From Candidatus Poribacteria bacterium (GTDB lineage Bacteria; Poribacteria; WGA-4E; PCPOR2b): a stretch of 64,000 nucleotides of DNA. The notes below the pieces were generated by a model. It was not told the origin of the DNA, made no database searches, and saw only the letters and a list, made by a program, of their open reading frames with translations. Shown one piece after another: positions 29,439-38,978 of this stretch (position 1 is its first letter; each line of letters opens with the position of its first letter). The position numbers and the translations under genes are program-made. Location: positions 928,001-992,000 of the forward strand of contig OZ240245.1 of the NCBI GenBank assembly GCA_965198175.1. The letters are read 5' to 3'.

Positions 29439-30773
29439 CTTATTTTTCACTTTTTCCAGATATTCACGGATGACCGCTTCATAGCCGATGTCGGTCGGTT
29501 CATAGTAGCGTCGCCCGCGTAAGGCGTCGGGGAGATATTCAATGTCGGCGATGTGTTCTTCAAAATCGTGAGCGTACTGGTACCCCTTTCCGTAGCCGAG
29601 CTCTCGCATCAGTTGCGTCGGCGCATTTCGCAAGTGGAGTGGCACCGGGTAGGCGGATTTTTCCCGTACATCTTTCTGAGCCGCCAGCAAAGCCAGATAG
29701 GAGGCGTTGCTCTTCGGAGCACACGCGAGGTAGGTCGCAGCCTGAGCCAAATTGAGTTGCGCCTCTGGAAGCCCTACGAACTCCACGGCGCGTGCCGCTG
29801 CATCCGCAACCAACAACGCCTGCGGATCAGCATTGCCGACATCTTCTGACGCCAAAATGACCATTCGCCGTGCGATGAAACGTGCATCCTCACCGGCTTC
29901 CAGCAGCCTCGCCAGCCAATAGATGGCGGCGTCCGCATCCGACCCCCGCAGACTCTTAATGAACGCCGAAATCAAATTGTAATGTTCATCGCCAGCTTTG
30001 TCGTGACGCAGCATCCGCTTCTGCGCGGCGCGATGAATAGTCTCCGCATCCAAGTGACGGATTTGCTGCGAATCAGGCTTGCACGTTTGCACCGCGAGCT
30101 CCAACGCATTGAGGGCGAGTCGCACATCGCCATCAGCAATCCGAACGAGAGCGTCCATAGCGGTCTCTGAGAGTGCGACTCGATACTTCCCTAGACCCCG
30201 TTCAGCATCGCGGACTGCCGTATCCACAATCTGCTGGACGTGGTGCGATTCCAGCGGGTGGAACGGGTAGACCTGCATGCGAGAGAGGAGCGGAGCATTC
30301 ACCTCAAAGGAAGGGTTTTCGGTCGTCGCACCAATCAGCACAATTGTCCCATTTTCCACAAAGGACAGTAGGAAATCCTGCTGCCCCTTGTTAAAACGGT
30401 GAATCTCGTCCAGGAATAAGATGGTGAGTTGATTCTGGACTTTGAGCCGTTCCTGGGCGTGGGCGATTCGTTTGCGCAATTCCGGCACGCCCGTCGTGCT
30501 AGCGTTAATAGGCTCAAAGTGCGATTTTGAATACTGAGCGATGATATGTGCCAAGGTAGTCTTCCCACACCCCGGCGGACCCCAAAAGATGCAGGACATC
30601 ATCACGTCACCTTCAATGGCAAGACGAAGAGGTTGCCCTTTCTCCAACAGATGCTCCTGCCCAACAAATCCATCCAGCGAATTGGGGCGTACCCGATGCG
30701 CTAGAGGTCCCGTTCCTTTGTGGGACTGCTGCCCAGAGTCGAACAGATTGATTGGGGTTCCTGCCTCATTCAC
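29421..30773 (-). CDS. rarA: Replication-associated recombination protein A (AAA+ ATPase)
   Basis: [64 protein letters not shown]. Confidence 0.96.
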   Translation of the reverse strand: MNEAGTPINLFDSGQQSHKGTGPLAHRVRPNSLDGFVGQEHLLEKGQPLRLAIEGDVMMSCIFWGPPGCGKTTLAHIIAQYSKSHFEPINASTTGVPELRKRIAHAQERLKVQNQLTILFLDEIHRFNKGQQDFLLSFVENGTIVLIGATTENPSFEVNAPLLSRMQVYPFHPLESHHVQQIVDTAVRDAERGLGKYRVALSETAMDALVRIADGDVRLALNALELAVQTCKPDSQQIRHLDAETIHRAAQKRMLRHDKAGDEHYNLISAFIKSLRGSDADAAIYWLARLLEAGEDARFIARRMVILASEDVGNADPQALLVADAAARAVEFVGLPEAQLNLAQAATYLACAPKSNASYLALLAAQKDVREKSAYPVPLHLRNAPTQLMRELGYGKGYQYAHDFEEHIADIEYLPDALRGRRYYEPTDIGYEAVIREYLEKVKNKKRRMG

Positions 30774-30978
30774 TAGATGTCCTCCGCTACAATCTGGCGG
30801 TTCGGGTTGAAATGGACGATTTATTTTCCCAACGCGCTATTGGATGCATTCTACCATCTGAGGGGATAAGTGTCAATATTTTTGAACCCGCCGGAATATA
30901 TCTTTGAAGCGTCTTCAGTCCGATGCATCCGCCTGAGTTCGGAGCTTTCTCTGCTCGCAGATGAAGCGCACTATATGA

Positions 30979-31006
30979 TTGACACCGACCCCAATCATGC
31001 TATAAT
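30979..31006 (+). promoter_or_regulatory. Sigma70 promoter TTGACA-16-TATAAT with extended -10 TG
   Basis: Perfect hexamers upstream of the CHAD gene. Confidence 0.7.
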
Positions 31007-31133
31007 GAAAACTGTGTCTCCTGACACGCCGGTTTTCTCATTGATGAAATACAGCGACTCTGGTACAATGGAAAAATGCGGGTTGTGATGACGCAATCAA
31101 AGGCGGTGCGAAGGAAACGTTGAGGAGGCAATC

Positions 31134-32684
31134 TTGCATAGTTATCTGAAATTCAAGTTACCTGTTGGGTATAATCAAGAGCGTTTGATTCGTGAATCGG
31201 CTGATACTTCGTACTCCACCAATGAGGAACAATCTATCACAGAGCGTTTTACAATTTTCGATACCTTCGACTGGCGATTATTCAATAATTCTCTTGCCTT
31301 GTATGCTCGCGGAAGCGACCTCGTTTTACACCATCTGTCTGAAAACACGATGATTGAAGGTGCACATATCCGCTCTCAACCGGTTTTTATATGGGATTTT
31401 CCCGATAGCCGATTGAAAGAATTACTGGCGCCGATTATAAAAGTACGAGCGCTTCTTAAGCGTGCGGAAATCGTTTCTCATTCAACTTCCTACCGCGTCT
31501 TGAACCCCGACCAAAAAACAGTCGCGCGATTCGATCACGAAGAGTTCAGACTTAAACCAGACATCGTGTCAGCCCATTTGACCTTGAAGCAGGTTCGAGG
31601 ATATCGGGGATACTTCCGAACGTTGGTCAACCAATTCAACGACATGGGATTTCCAACAATTGGGGAAGAAGATGTCTATCTTGAAATCTTGGAAGCGGTT
31701 AATCAGAAGCCGGGAGATTATTCTACAAAGTTAAAGATACAACTCAACCCCAATATGCGTGCTGATGATGCGACTAAGATTGTCCTGCGGTTCTTACTGA
31801 AAATCATCAAATGCAATGAGGAGGGCATCAAGGCGGATCTTGACACCGAATTTCTGCACGATTTTCGCGTCGCTATCCGCCGGACTCGATCCGCTTTAAG
31901 TCAGATTAAGTCTGTGTTCCCAGAGGATACAACTGTGCGATTTCGGCGTGAGTTCGCTGCTTTGGGCAAACTCTCGAATTCTCTGCGGGATTTGGATGTT
32001 TATCTCCTCAATGAAAGAAGCTACAAGGCGATGCTCCCCAGCGCACTTCGGGCGGACATCGAACCGCTGTTTGACCATTTGCGGGCGAAACGATCAGAAG
32101 CGTTAAAGGGTGTTGTTAGCAACCTGAACTCCAAACAGCTTTTGCGGACGCTGCGGGATTGGGAAGCCTTCTTAAACGAACCGTCGAAGAATTCTCCAAG
32201 CGCACTCAACGCAGCCGTTCCAATAATAAATCTTGCGCAGAAAAGAATCTACAAGAAATACCGGAATGTCGTGAAACTAGGACGCCTCATCCTTCAGAAT
32301 ACTAGAGACGACTTGTTACATCAACTCAGGATCGAATGCAAAAAACTCCGGTACTTAATGGAGTTCTTTTCCAGTCTATTTCCCTATCCAAAAATTAGTA
32401 TTTTGATAAGCCAATTCAAAAATTTGCAAGATAACCTAGGGAATTTACAGGATGTGTGTGTTCAGGACGAATATCTTCAGACGATTACTGATGAACTGCC
32501 CATAACAGACGCGAAGTCCAAAAGAACAATTCTGGCGATTGGCAGTCTAATCGGAACATTGAGCCGCAAAAAACAGACCGCGAGAGCGTCATTTTTCAAA
32601 ATTTTCACCGACTTCGCTTCCGCTTCAAACAGAGAGTTGTTCCGCGCACTTTTCGCTTCAGAAAAGAGTGAGGTTGTTGAATGA
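31134..32684 (+). CDS. CHAD domain protein (polyphosphate binding) with CYTH-like N-terminal region
   Basis: EFLHDFRVAIRRTRS, LRDLDVY, LHQLRIECKKLRYLMEFF, LQDNLGNLQD; N-terminal FDTFDWRL. Confidence 0.88.
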   Translation: MHSYLKFKLPVGYNQERLIRESADTSYSTNEEQSITERFTIFDTFDWRLFNNSLALYARGSDLVLHHLSENTMIEGAHIRSQPVFIWDFPDSRLKELLAPIIKVRALLKRAEIVSHSTSYRVLNPDQKTVARFDHEEFRLKPDIVSAHLTLKQVRGYRGYFRTLVNQFNDMGFPTIGEEDVYLEILEAVNQKPGDYSTKLKIQLNPNMRADDATKIVLRFLLKIIKCNEEGIKADLDTEFLHDFRVAIRRTRSALSQIKSVFPEDTTVRFRREFAALGKLSNSLRDLDVYLLNERSYKAMLPSALRADIEPLFDHLRAKRSEALKGVVSNLNSKQLLRTLRDWEAFLNEPSKNSPSALNAAVPIINLAQKRIYKKYRNVVKLGRLILQNTRDDLLHQLRIECKKLRYLMEFFSSLFPYPKISILISQFKNLQDNLGNLQDVCVQDEYLQTITDELPITDAKSKRTILAIGSLIGTLSRKKQTARASFFKIFTDFASASNRELFRALFASEKSEVVE

Positions 32685-33445
32685 AAACACTAGCCATCTA
32701 CAGTAATAAAGGTGGAGTCGGAAAGACTGCAACAACCGTCAACCTATCATATTTAGCCGCGCGAGCAGGACTTAAAACCTTAATCTGTGATCTGGATGCG
32801 CAAAGTTCGGCGACATTTTATCTTCGAGTCAAACCCAAGCTCAAATCAAAGACAAATGGGTTCATTAAAGGCGGTAAGCGGATCGAAAGAAATATCAAAG
32901 GTACGGATTACGACAATTTGGATCTGCTGCCCGCGGACTTCACGCATCGAAATTTAGCGGTTACTTTTCATAAATTGAAGCGTTCAAAACGGCGGCTGAA
33001 TCGGATTCTAGAACCTCTTCGAGATGAATACGATTTAATCACGCTGGACTGCCCGTGTACCATCGATCTCCTTGCGGAAAATATATTCGATGCCGCGGAC
33101 TCACTCCTCGTTCCACTAATTCCAACCACACTGTCCGTGCGCACGCACAAACAGTTACTCGCGTTCCTTGAGAACAGTGGATATGACTTGGATAACATAT
33201 TCACCTTTTTTTCGATGGTCGACAAGCGAAAAAAGATTCACCATGAGCTCATGGAAGAAGCGTTACGGGAGTTCAGTGGTGTTCTGCAGTCCGCCATTCC
33301 GTATCTGTCCCATGTCGAAAGAATGGGAATTAAACGAGAGCCAGTCTCGGTCTTTGCCCCCAAATCCATCGCTGCAATATCGTATCAAAACCTATGGGAA
33401 GAGATTAAAGCGCTTCGTCTGAATCGAAAAAGAATTGGAAAGTAA
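32681..33445 (+). CDS. ParA/Soj family ATPase
   Basis: KGGVGKT deviant Walker A, DLDAQ, LDCP; overlaps the CHAD stop (ATGA). Confidence 0.9.
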   Translation: MKTLAIYSNKGGVGKTATTVNLSYLAARAGLKTLICDLDAQSSATFYLRVKPKLKSKTNGFIKGGKRIERNIKGTDYDNLDLLPADFTHRNLAVTFHKLKRSKRRLNRILEPLRDEYDLITLDCPCTIDLLAENIFDAADSLLVPLIPTTLSVRTHKQLLAFLENSGYDLDNIFTFFSMVDKRKKIHHELMEEALREFSGVLQSAIPYLSHVERMGIKREPVSVFAPKSIAAISYQNLWEEIKALRLNRKRIGK

Positions 33446-33524
33446 GGGGATTCACAAGATCAAACGCGCCTTCTCCGAGGATTGTCGTCCCAACTTCGTT
33501 ATCTAGAACCAAAGCACATTGACA

Positions 33525-34958
33525 ATGATACATGTCCCGATTCTACGAGCCGGATGCCCTTATCGTAGTTTGAACGTCCTTCGCGTGTCGCACGTCCAAA
33601 CAGGCGAACCTATCGCTATGGTGAGTCAGGCAAATCGAGGGTTGATTGCCAAGGACTTAGTCACAGCCGCCGATCACAAACGTGCCCTTGAGACGCTTTC
33701 CGTTGCGGAACTGTTGGCAATCTGTAAAAGAGCCGCCCGTTTCTTCATGGAATCGGATCTGCCGCTGGGCGCCGATCTACAATCGCCCCTCGATTATATT
33801 CGACAGCTTTCTGGGACGACGGGTATGCCGGAGAGCCTCTGCCGAAAAAATATGAACAAGATTCGGACGGTTCTGGAAGAGATGGAAGCTGTTCTGGGGG
33901 GATTGACACGCGGGCTGGATGTATCCATTCTCGACTCCGGTTGGGGCATCCAAGATAAACGTCCCTTGAGCTACGTTCGTCAAACGAATATGTTGGGTGC
34001 GGTGCTGCCTAGTAACTCACCAGGCGTGCATTCGCTCTGGCTGCCAGCCATTCCGATGAAAACGCCGCTCGTTCTCAAGCCGGGGCGCGAGGAACCCTGG
34101 ACACCTTTGCGCATCGCGCAGGCTTTTATCGCAGCGGACTGTCCCCCTGAAGCGTTCGGGTTTTATCCAACGGACTACTCGGGCGCCGCCGAAATTTTAC
34201 TTCGCAGTGGTCGGTCAATGCTGTTCGGTGGCGAATCGACCGTAGCGCCATGGAAAACGGATCCGCGGGTGCAAATTCATGGGCCAGGACGAAGTAAGTT
34301 CATCATCGCGGAAGACAAGATCTCAGATTGGGAAGATTATTCGGGTCTTATGGTCACTTCCATCGTCGATAACGGTGGTAGGTCCTGTATTAACGCCTCC
34401 GGAATCTGGGTGCCAGCCCATGGTCGTGAAATTGCAGCTGCTTTAGCAAACCAATTGGCGCAAATCGACGCCCAACCGTTGGCTGATTCGAACGCGCAGA
34501 TCGCCGCTTTTACGAATCCGAAATTCGCACATCAGCTCTCAAGTCTCATCGACGATCAACTGAAAACGCCCGGTGCAGTAGATTTGACAGCCGAAGTTCG
34601 AGGGAACGGAAGACTTGTTGAAAAAGCAGGTTGTACGTATCTTCTCCCAACTGTAATCTGGTGTGAAAACCCTGAACATCCGCTGGCGAACACAGAATAC
34701 TTGTTCCCCTTCGTCAGTGTCGTCGAAGCACCGCAACCGGAGATATTGAATCGTATCGGATCAACCTTAGTAGTGAGCGCCATCACTGAGGACGAAGAGT
34801 TTATTGATGACCTGCTTTGCTCCACTGATGTGGAACGCCTTAATTTAGGGGCGATTTGCACAAATCAAATCTCTTGGGATCAGCCCCACGAGGGAAATCT
34901 GTTTGAGCACCTTTATCGCCAACGGGCGTTTCAGATGACCGGTACGAGCCGTGGCTGA
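33525..34958 (+). CDS. Aldehyde dehydrogenase-fold protein (acyl-reductase-like, divergent)
   Basis: VLPSNSPG, LKPG..EP, HGPGRSK, NGGRSCINAS (catalytic Cys), EYLFPF. Confidence 0.8.
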   Translation: MIHVPILRAGCPYRSLNVLRVSHVQTGEPIAMVSQANRGLIAKDLVTAADHKRALETLSVAELLAICKRAARFFMESDLPLGADLQSPLDYIRQLSGTTGMPESLCRKNMNKIRTVLEEMEAVLGGLTRGLDVSILDSGWGIQDKRPLSYVRQTNMLGAVLPSNSPGVHSLWLPAIPMKTPLVLKPGREEPWTPLRIAQAFIAADCPPEAFGFYPTDYSGAAEILLRSGRSMLFGGESTVAPWKTDPRVQIHGPGRSKFIIAEDKISDWEDYSGLMVTSIVDNGGRSCINASGIWVPAHGREIAAALANQLAQIDAQPLADSNAQIAAFTNPKFAHQLSSLIDDQLKTPGAVDLTAEVRGNGRLVEKAGCTYLLPTVIWCENPEHPLANTEYLFPFVSVVEAPQPEILNRIGSTLVVSAITEDEEFIDDLLCSTDVERLNLGAICTNQISWDQPHEGNLFEHLYRQRAFQMTGTSRG

Positions 34959-35061
34959 CAGCGATTCGTGGAAACAATGATTGGAGAGCAAAGTGACTTG
35001 CCACTTGAACTTAGAATCGGATTGAGTCAGCCTGGCGTCCATTTCTTAATTGCTATCAACA

Positions 35062-36171
35062 ATGCAACATTTCGATTTTCAACCTAGTACGCGTGTCATC
35101 TACGGCGAGAATACACTCGTTCAGTTGGGTGGTTTGGCAAGGGCGCTGGGAGGGGCTCGCGTTCTGGTTGTGTCCGACCACGGCGTCGTTAGTGCCGGTA
35201 TTGTGGACAACGCGCTCCATTCGCTGAAGCAGGAATCTCTAGAGGTCTCTGTTTTTGATGGCGTAGAAGAGAATCCGACGACGCGGCACGTTGAATCCGG
35301 AGTTCGGTACGCCAAAGCACACGGGCGAATCGATCTCATAGTCGGAATAGGTGGCGGCAGCGCTATGGACTGCGCCAAAGGCGTCAACTTCTTGCTCACT
35401 AACGGTGGGGTCATGGAGGATTATTGGGGCGAAGGCAAAGCATTCAAGCCTATGCTCCCCTCCATCGGCATCCCGACCACCGCGGGCACGGGCAGCGAAG
35501 CCCAGTCTTTTGCATTAATCGCCCAAGAGGGTACCCACCAGAAGATGGCGTGCGGCGACAAAAAAGCCCGATTTCGAACCGTTATTCTCGATCCGGTTTT
35601 GACATCAAGCGTCCCAAAACACGTGGCGGCGGCGACAGGCATTGATGCGATCGCCCACGCTGTGGAAAGTTATGTTTCGACGAAGCGAAATCCCATCTCG
35701 CAGATATTTGCCAGAGAGGCATGGCGCCTGCTGGAGGGAAGCTTTGAAGCTGTTTTAAGCGATCCAGGAAACATAGAAGCCCAAGGTCGAATGCTGCTGG
35801 GTGCGCATCTAGCGGGCGCTGCGATAGAAAACTCCATGCTCGGCGCAGCGCATGCCTGCGCCAATCCTCTGACCGGTAGATATGGGGTCATTCACGGCGT
35901 TGCGGTCGGATTGATGCTTCCACAGGTGATTGAATTCAATAGTCAGATGGTAGACATGCTTTATCGAGAACTGTGTCCTTTGCCCTTGCATGATCGCATT
36001 ATCGAATTGAAAAACGCAGCGGGGTTGCCGGAACAACTGAGAGAGTTCCAAATTGACAAAGTGGAATTGCCCAATTTGGCGAAGGAAGCCGCGAAGCAAT
36101 GGACCGGGCAATTTAACCCACGACGAGTTGGGGAAGTCGAATTGCTGGAACTTTATGAGGCAGCGTACTGA
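35062..36171 (+). CDS. Iron-containing alcohol dehydrogenase
   Basis: GGGSAMD.AK, IPTTAGTGSE, DAIAHAVESY, AAHACAN, HGVAV. Confidence 0.93.
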   Translation: MQHFDFQPSTRVIYGENTLVQLGGLARALGGARVLVVSDHGVVSAGIVDNALHSLKQESLEVSVFDGVEENPTTRHVESGVRYAKAHGRIDLIVGIGGGSAMDCAKGVNFLLTNGGVMEDYWGEGKAFKPMLPSIGIPTTAGTGSEAQSFALIAQEGTHQKMACGDKKARFRTVILDPVLTSSVPKHVAAATGIDAIAHAVESYVSTKRNPISQIFAREAWRLLEGSFEAVLSDPGNIEAQGRMLLGAHLAGAAIENSMLGAAHACANPLTGRYGVIHGVAVGLMLPQVIEFNSQMVDMLYRELCPLPLHDRIIELKNAAGLPEQLREFQIDKVELPNLAKEAAKQWTGQFNPRRVGEVELLELYEAAY

Positions 36172-36189
36172 TCCAGAGCGCGATGTGAC

Positions 36190-36226
36190 TTGAAACCGAG
36201 TTTTTTCTTGAAAACTCGGTTTCTGT
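36190..36226. repeat. Palindromic repeat AAACCGAGTT-N-AACTCGGTTT
   Basis: Second copy at 42152-42186, partial copy at 42007-42033. Confidence 0.75.
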
Positions 36227-36282
36227 AACCGGTCAGTATGGGGTGGAACCCCAAATATTCGTGCACTAAAATCCGAGAATTG

Positions 36283-37488
36283 ATGAACGACAACGATATA
36301 TCAAATGTCGATACGAGCAAACGGAGCCTGTTTTCGGCTATCATTCTAGGTACGAGTCTATGTTGCATCTTTACACTTGATGGACAAAGCCGAGCCATTG
36401 CTGACGACTGGATGAGCTTCCGCGGAAATCCTCAACTCACAGGGGTAGCCGTCGACGTTCTCCCTGAAGCCCCCCAACTGCTCTGGACGTTCGAGACAGG
36501 AGAGGGCATTGAGTCAACCGCCGCGATTTTTGCGGGAACGGTTTATGTGGGGGCTTTAGACGGAAACCTTTACGCCATAAACCTTGAAAACGGAACATTG
36601 AAGTGGAAATATCGTGCAGCCGATCAAATTAAATCGTCGCCAGCCGTGTTTAGAAAAACGGTCTATTTTGGTGATGAGATGGGTGTTTTTCATGCCGTGG
36701 ATGCCGAAACTGGTCAACAAAGATGGATTTTTCGCACTGATGGTGGTATAATTTCATCTGCGAATTTTTCCGGCGATTCTGTGTTGTTCGGCTCGTATGA
36801 CCAGTATCTTTACTGCGTTTCCGCGGACGACGGGGCTTTAGTCTGGAAATTTGAGACCGAAGGGTACGTTCACGGCACGCCAACGATAGTGGATGTAGGG
36901 CACAATGGCAGCTTGCCCTATCCGAATGATGTTGTGGTTACGACAGGCTGTGACGGTTTTCTGCGGGTCATAAGCGTGCTCAGTGGCGAAGAAAATAACA
37001 AAATACCGTTGGGCGACTACGTTGCTGCTAGCCCTGCTGTTCTGAAGACGCGAGCCTATGTCGGAACATTTGGTAGCCAAGTCCTAGGTATCGACCTAAA
37101 ACATACCGAAATCCTCTGGAATTACGAGCCCCCAAAGGGCGGCTTCCCATTCTATGCGTCAGCCGCTGTGACGAACGACGTGGTAATCGTTGGCGGTCGG
37201 GACAAGCGCGTGCATGCGCTCAAACCGGAGACAGGCGAACCCTTGTGGACGTATCCAACCAAAGCGCGAGTCGATTCCTCACCGGTTATCGTCGGAAATC
37301 GGGTTCTCTTTGGAACAGTGGGCGGTGTCATATTCGCGCTCGACCTCAACACAGGAGAACCGGTTTGGCAGTTCGTTACAGGGTCGTCTATTGTTGCATC
37401 TCCATGCGTTGCCAGTGGGAAACTTGTGATCGGCTCGGACGATGGAGTCCTATACTGCTTTGGGAGAGGAAAGCCAAACGATGAGTGA
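36283..37488 (+). CDS. PQQ-like/BamB-type beta-propeller repeat protein
   Basis: Repeated SSP-x6-V-x-G-x-D-G-x-LYA...G-x-x-x-W-x-F units; N-terminal DWMSFRGN. Confidence 0.88.
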   Translation: MNDNDISNVDTSKRSLFSAIILGTSLCCIFTLDGQSRAIADDWMSFRGNPQLTGVAVDVLPEAPQLLWTFETGEGIESTAAIFAGTVYVGALDGNLYAINLENGTLKWKYRAADQIKSSPAVFRKTVYFGDEMGVFHAVDAETGQQRWIFRTDGGIISSANFSGDSVLFGSYDQYLYCVSADDGALVWKFETEGYVHGTPTIVDVGHNGSLPYPNDVVVTTGCDGFLRVISVLSGEENNKIPLGDYVAASPAVLKTRAYVGTFGSQVLGIDLKHTEILWNYEPPKGGFPFYASAAVTNDVVIVGGRDKRVHALKPETGEPLWTYPTKARVDSSPVIVGNRVLFGTVGGVIFALDLNTGEPVWQFVTGSSIVASPCVASGKLVIGSDDGVLYCFGRGKPNDE

Positions 37489-38836
37489 ACAAGTGGAAGT
37501 GATGAAACCCGAACCGGCGACCGCGCGGCGGGATTCGAAGGAAACTCAAGTCGGTAGCGTCTTCGTTTCAAATTATCCGCCATATTCTTTCTGGCGAAAA
37601 GACAACATCCCAGTGTTGATGGATGTCTTAAATTCCTCAACGGAATCTCCCGTTGCAACGCCGTTGGGACTCTACCTCCATATTCCGTTCTGCCGCAAAC
37701 GCTGTAAATTCTGTTATTTCCGCGTCTACACCGATAAAAACAGCTCGGATATTCAAACCTATCTTGAGGCGTTAGCAGTGGAAGTTACGCTCCACAGTAA
37801 AATGCCAAGAGTGCTTGGACGCCCTTTGGCGTTCGTTTATTTTGGGGGTGGGACGCCATCTTACATCAGCGTCAAGCATCTGAAGTCGCTTGTCAATCGT
37901 CTTAAAGACGCGATTCCTTGGGATCACGCCGAAGAAATCGCTTTCGAATGTGAACCCGGCACCTTGACACAGTCCAAACTAGTCGCTATCAAAGAAATCG
38001 GCGTCACCCGCTTGAGCCTTGGGGTTGAGAATTTAAATGATGAAATTTTAGAAGAAAACGGTAGAGCTCATCTGTCCAAAGAGGTTTATGCAGTTGTTCC
38101 CTGGATAAAAGACTTGGAATTCGATCAAGTCAATATAGATCTAATTGCAGGCATGGTGGGCGAGACGTGGACGAGTTGGCGGGATACTGTGAAGAGAACG
38201 ATTGACTTGAATCCGGACAGCATCACCGTGTATCAGATGGAACTCCCATTTAACACCGTTTACTCAAACGACATCCTCGATGGAGGAACGGATCTATCTG
38301 TGGCGAATTGGAAGACGAAGCGCGAGTGGCATCACTATGCGTTTGAGCAATTCGCCGCGGCGGGGTATGAGAGTTCCAGCGCCTACACGATGGTAAAAAA
38401 GGGTAGCCCCCTAAAGTTTGTCTACCGAGATGCCGTCTGGCACGGCTGTGACATGATTGGCGCCGGCGTTGCCTCGTTCTCACACGTCGGCGGCGTGCAT
38501 TTCCAAAATGTCGCCGCGTGGAACGAATATATACGGTTGCTTGATGCCAATCAGTTGCCGCTTGACCGAGCGTTTCCCACGAACCCCAGAGAACAGTTGA
38601 TACGAGAGATGATACTACAACTAAAATTAGGGAAAATCCAGACCGACTATTTTCAGGATAAATTCGGGGCGGACATTTCGGAACTGTTTGGTTCAACTTA
38701 CGAAAAACTGCGGGATGAAGGAATGCTGACCTTCACGAGCGAGGAAATCAAGTTGACCCGAAAGGGGTTGCTGCAAGTCGACCAACTGTTGCCGGAATTT
38801 TATCAGCCCCAGTATCGGAATGCGCGGTACACGTGA
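37481..38836 (+). CDS. HemN-like (class C) radical SAM protein
   Basis: LYLHIPFCRKRCKFCYF, YFGGGTPS, RLSLGVE, NIDLIAGM; start overlaps upstream stop. Confidence 0.9.
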   Translation: MSEQVEVMKPEPATARRDSKETQVGSVFVSNYPPYSFWRKDNIPVLMDVLNSSTESPVATPLGLYLHIPFCRKRCKFCYFRVYTDKNSSDIQTYLEALAVEVTLHSKMPRVLGRPLAFVYFGGGTPSYISVKHLKSLVNRLKDAIPWDHAEEIAFECEPGTLTQSKLVAIKEIGVTRLSLGVENLNDEILEENGRAHLSKEVYAVVPWIKDLEFDQVNIDLIAGMVGETWTSWRDTVKRTIDLNPDSITVYQMELPFNTVYSNDILDGGTDLSVANWKTKREWHHYAFEQFAAAGYESSSAYTMVKKGSPLKFVYRDAVWHGCDMIGAGVASFSHVGGVHFQNVAAWNEYIRLLDANQLPLDRAFPTNPREQLIREMILQLKLGKIQTDYFQDKFGADISELFGSTYEKLRDEGMLTFTSEEIKLTRKGLLQVDQLLPEFYQPQYRNARYT

Positions 38837-38844
38837 TGAGTCAC

Positions 38845-38940
38845 AATCAATTGAGCGAATAGATCAAGCGAACGAATAGTGAGTGCGATAGTTTTGGCGT
38901 CGGTGAAGACTATCGCCTTCACTGTCCGCTCAGTTGATCG
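38845..38940. repeat. Cluster of ~32-nt GATCAA..GCGAATAG..GCGATAGTC units in inverted arrangement
   Basis: Two forward units and one reverse unit; family recurs at 43.0, 45.2 and 48.0 kb. Confidence 0.75.
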
Positions 38941-38978
38941 CTACGATTACATCTAATACTAATTAAAAGGTGATATTT

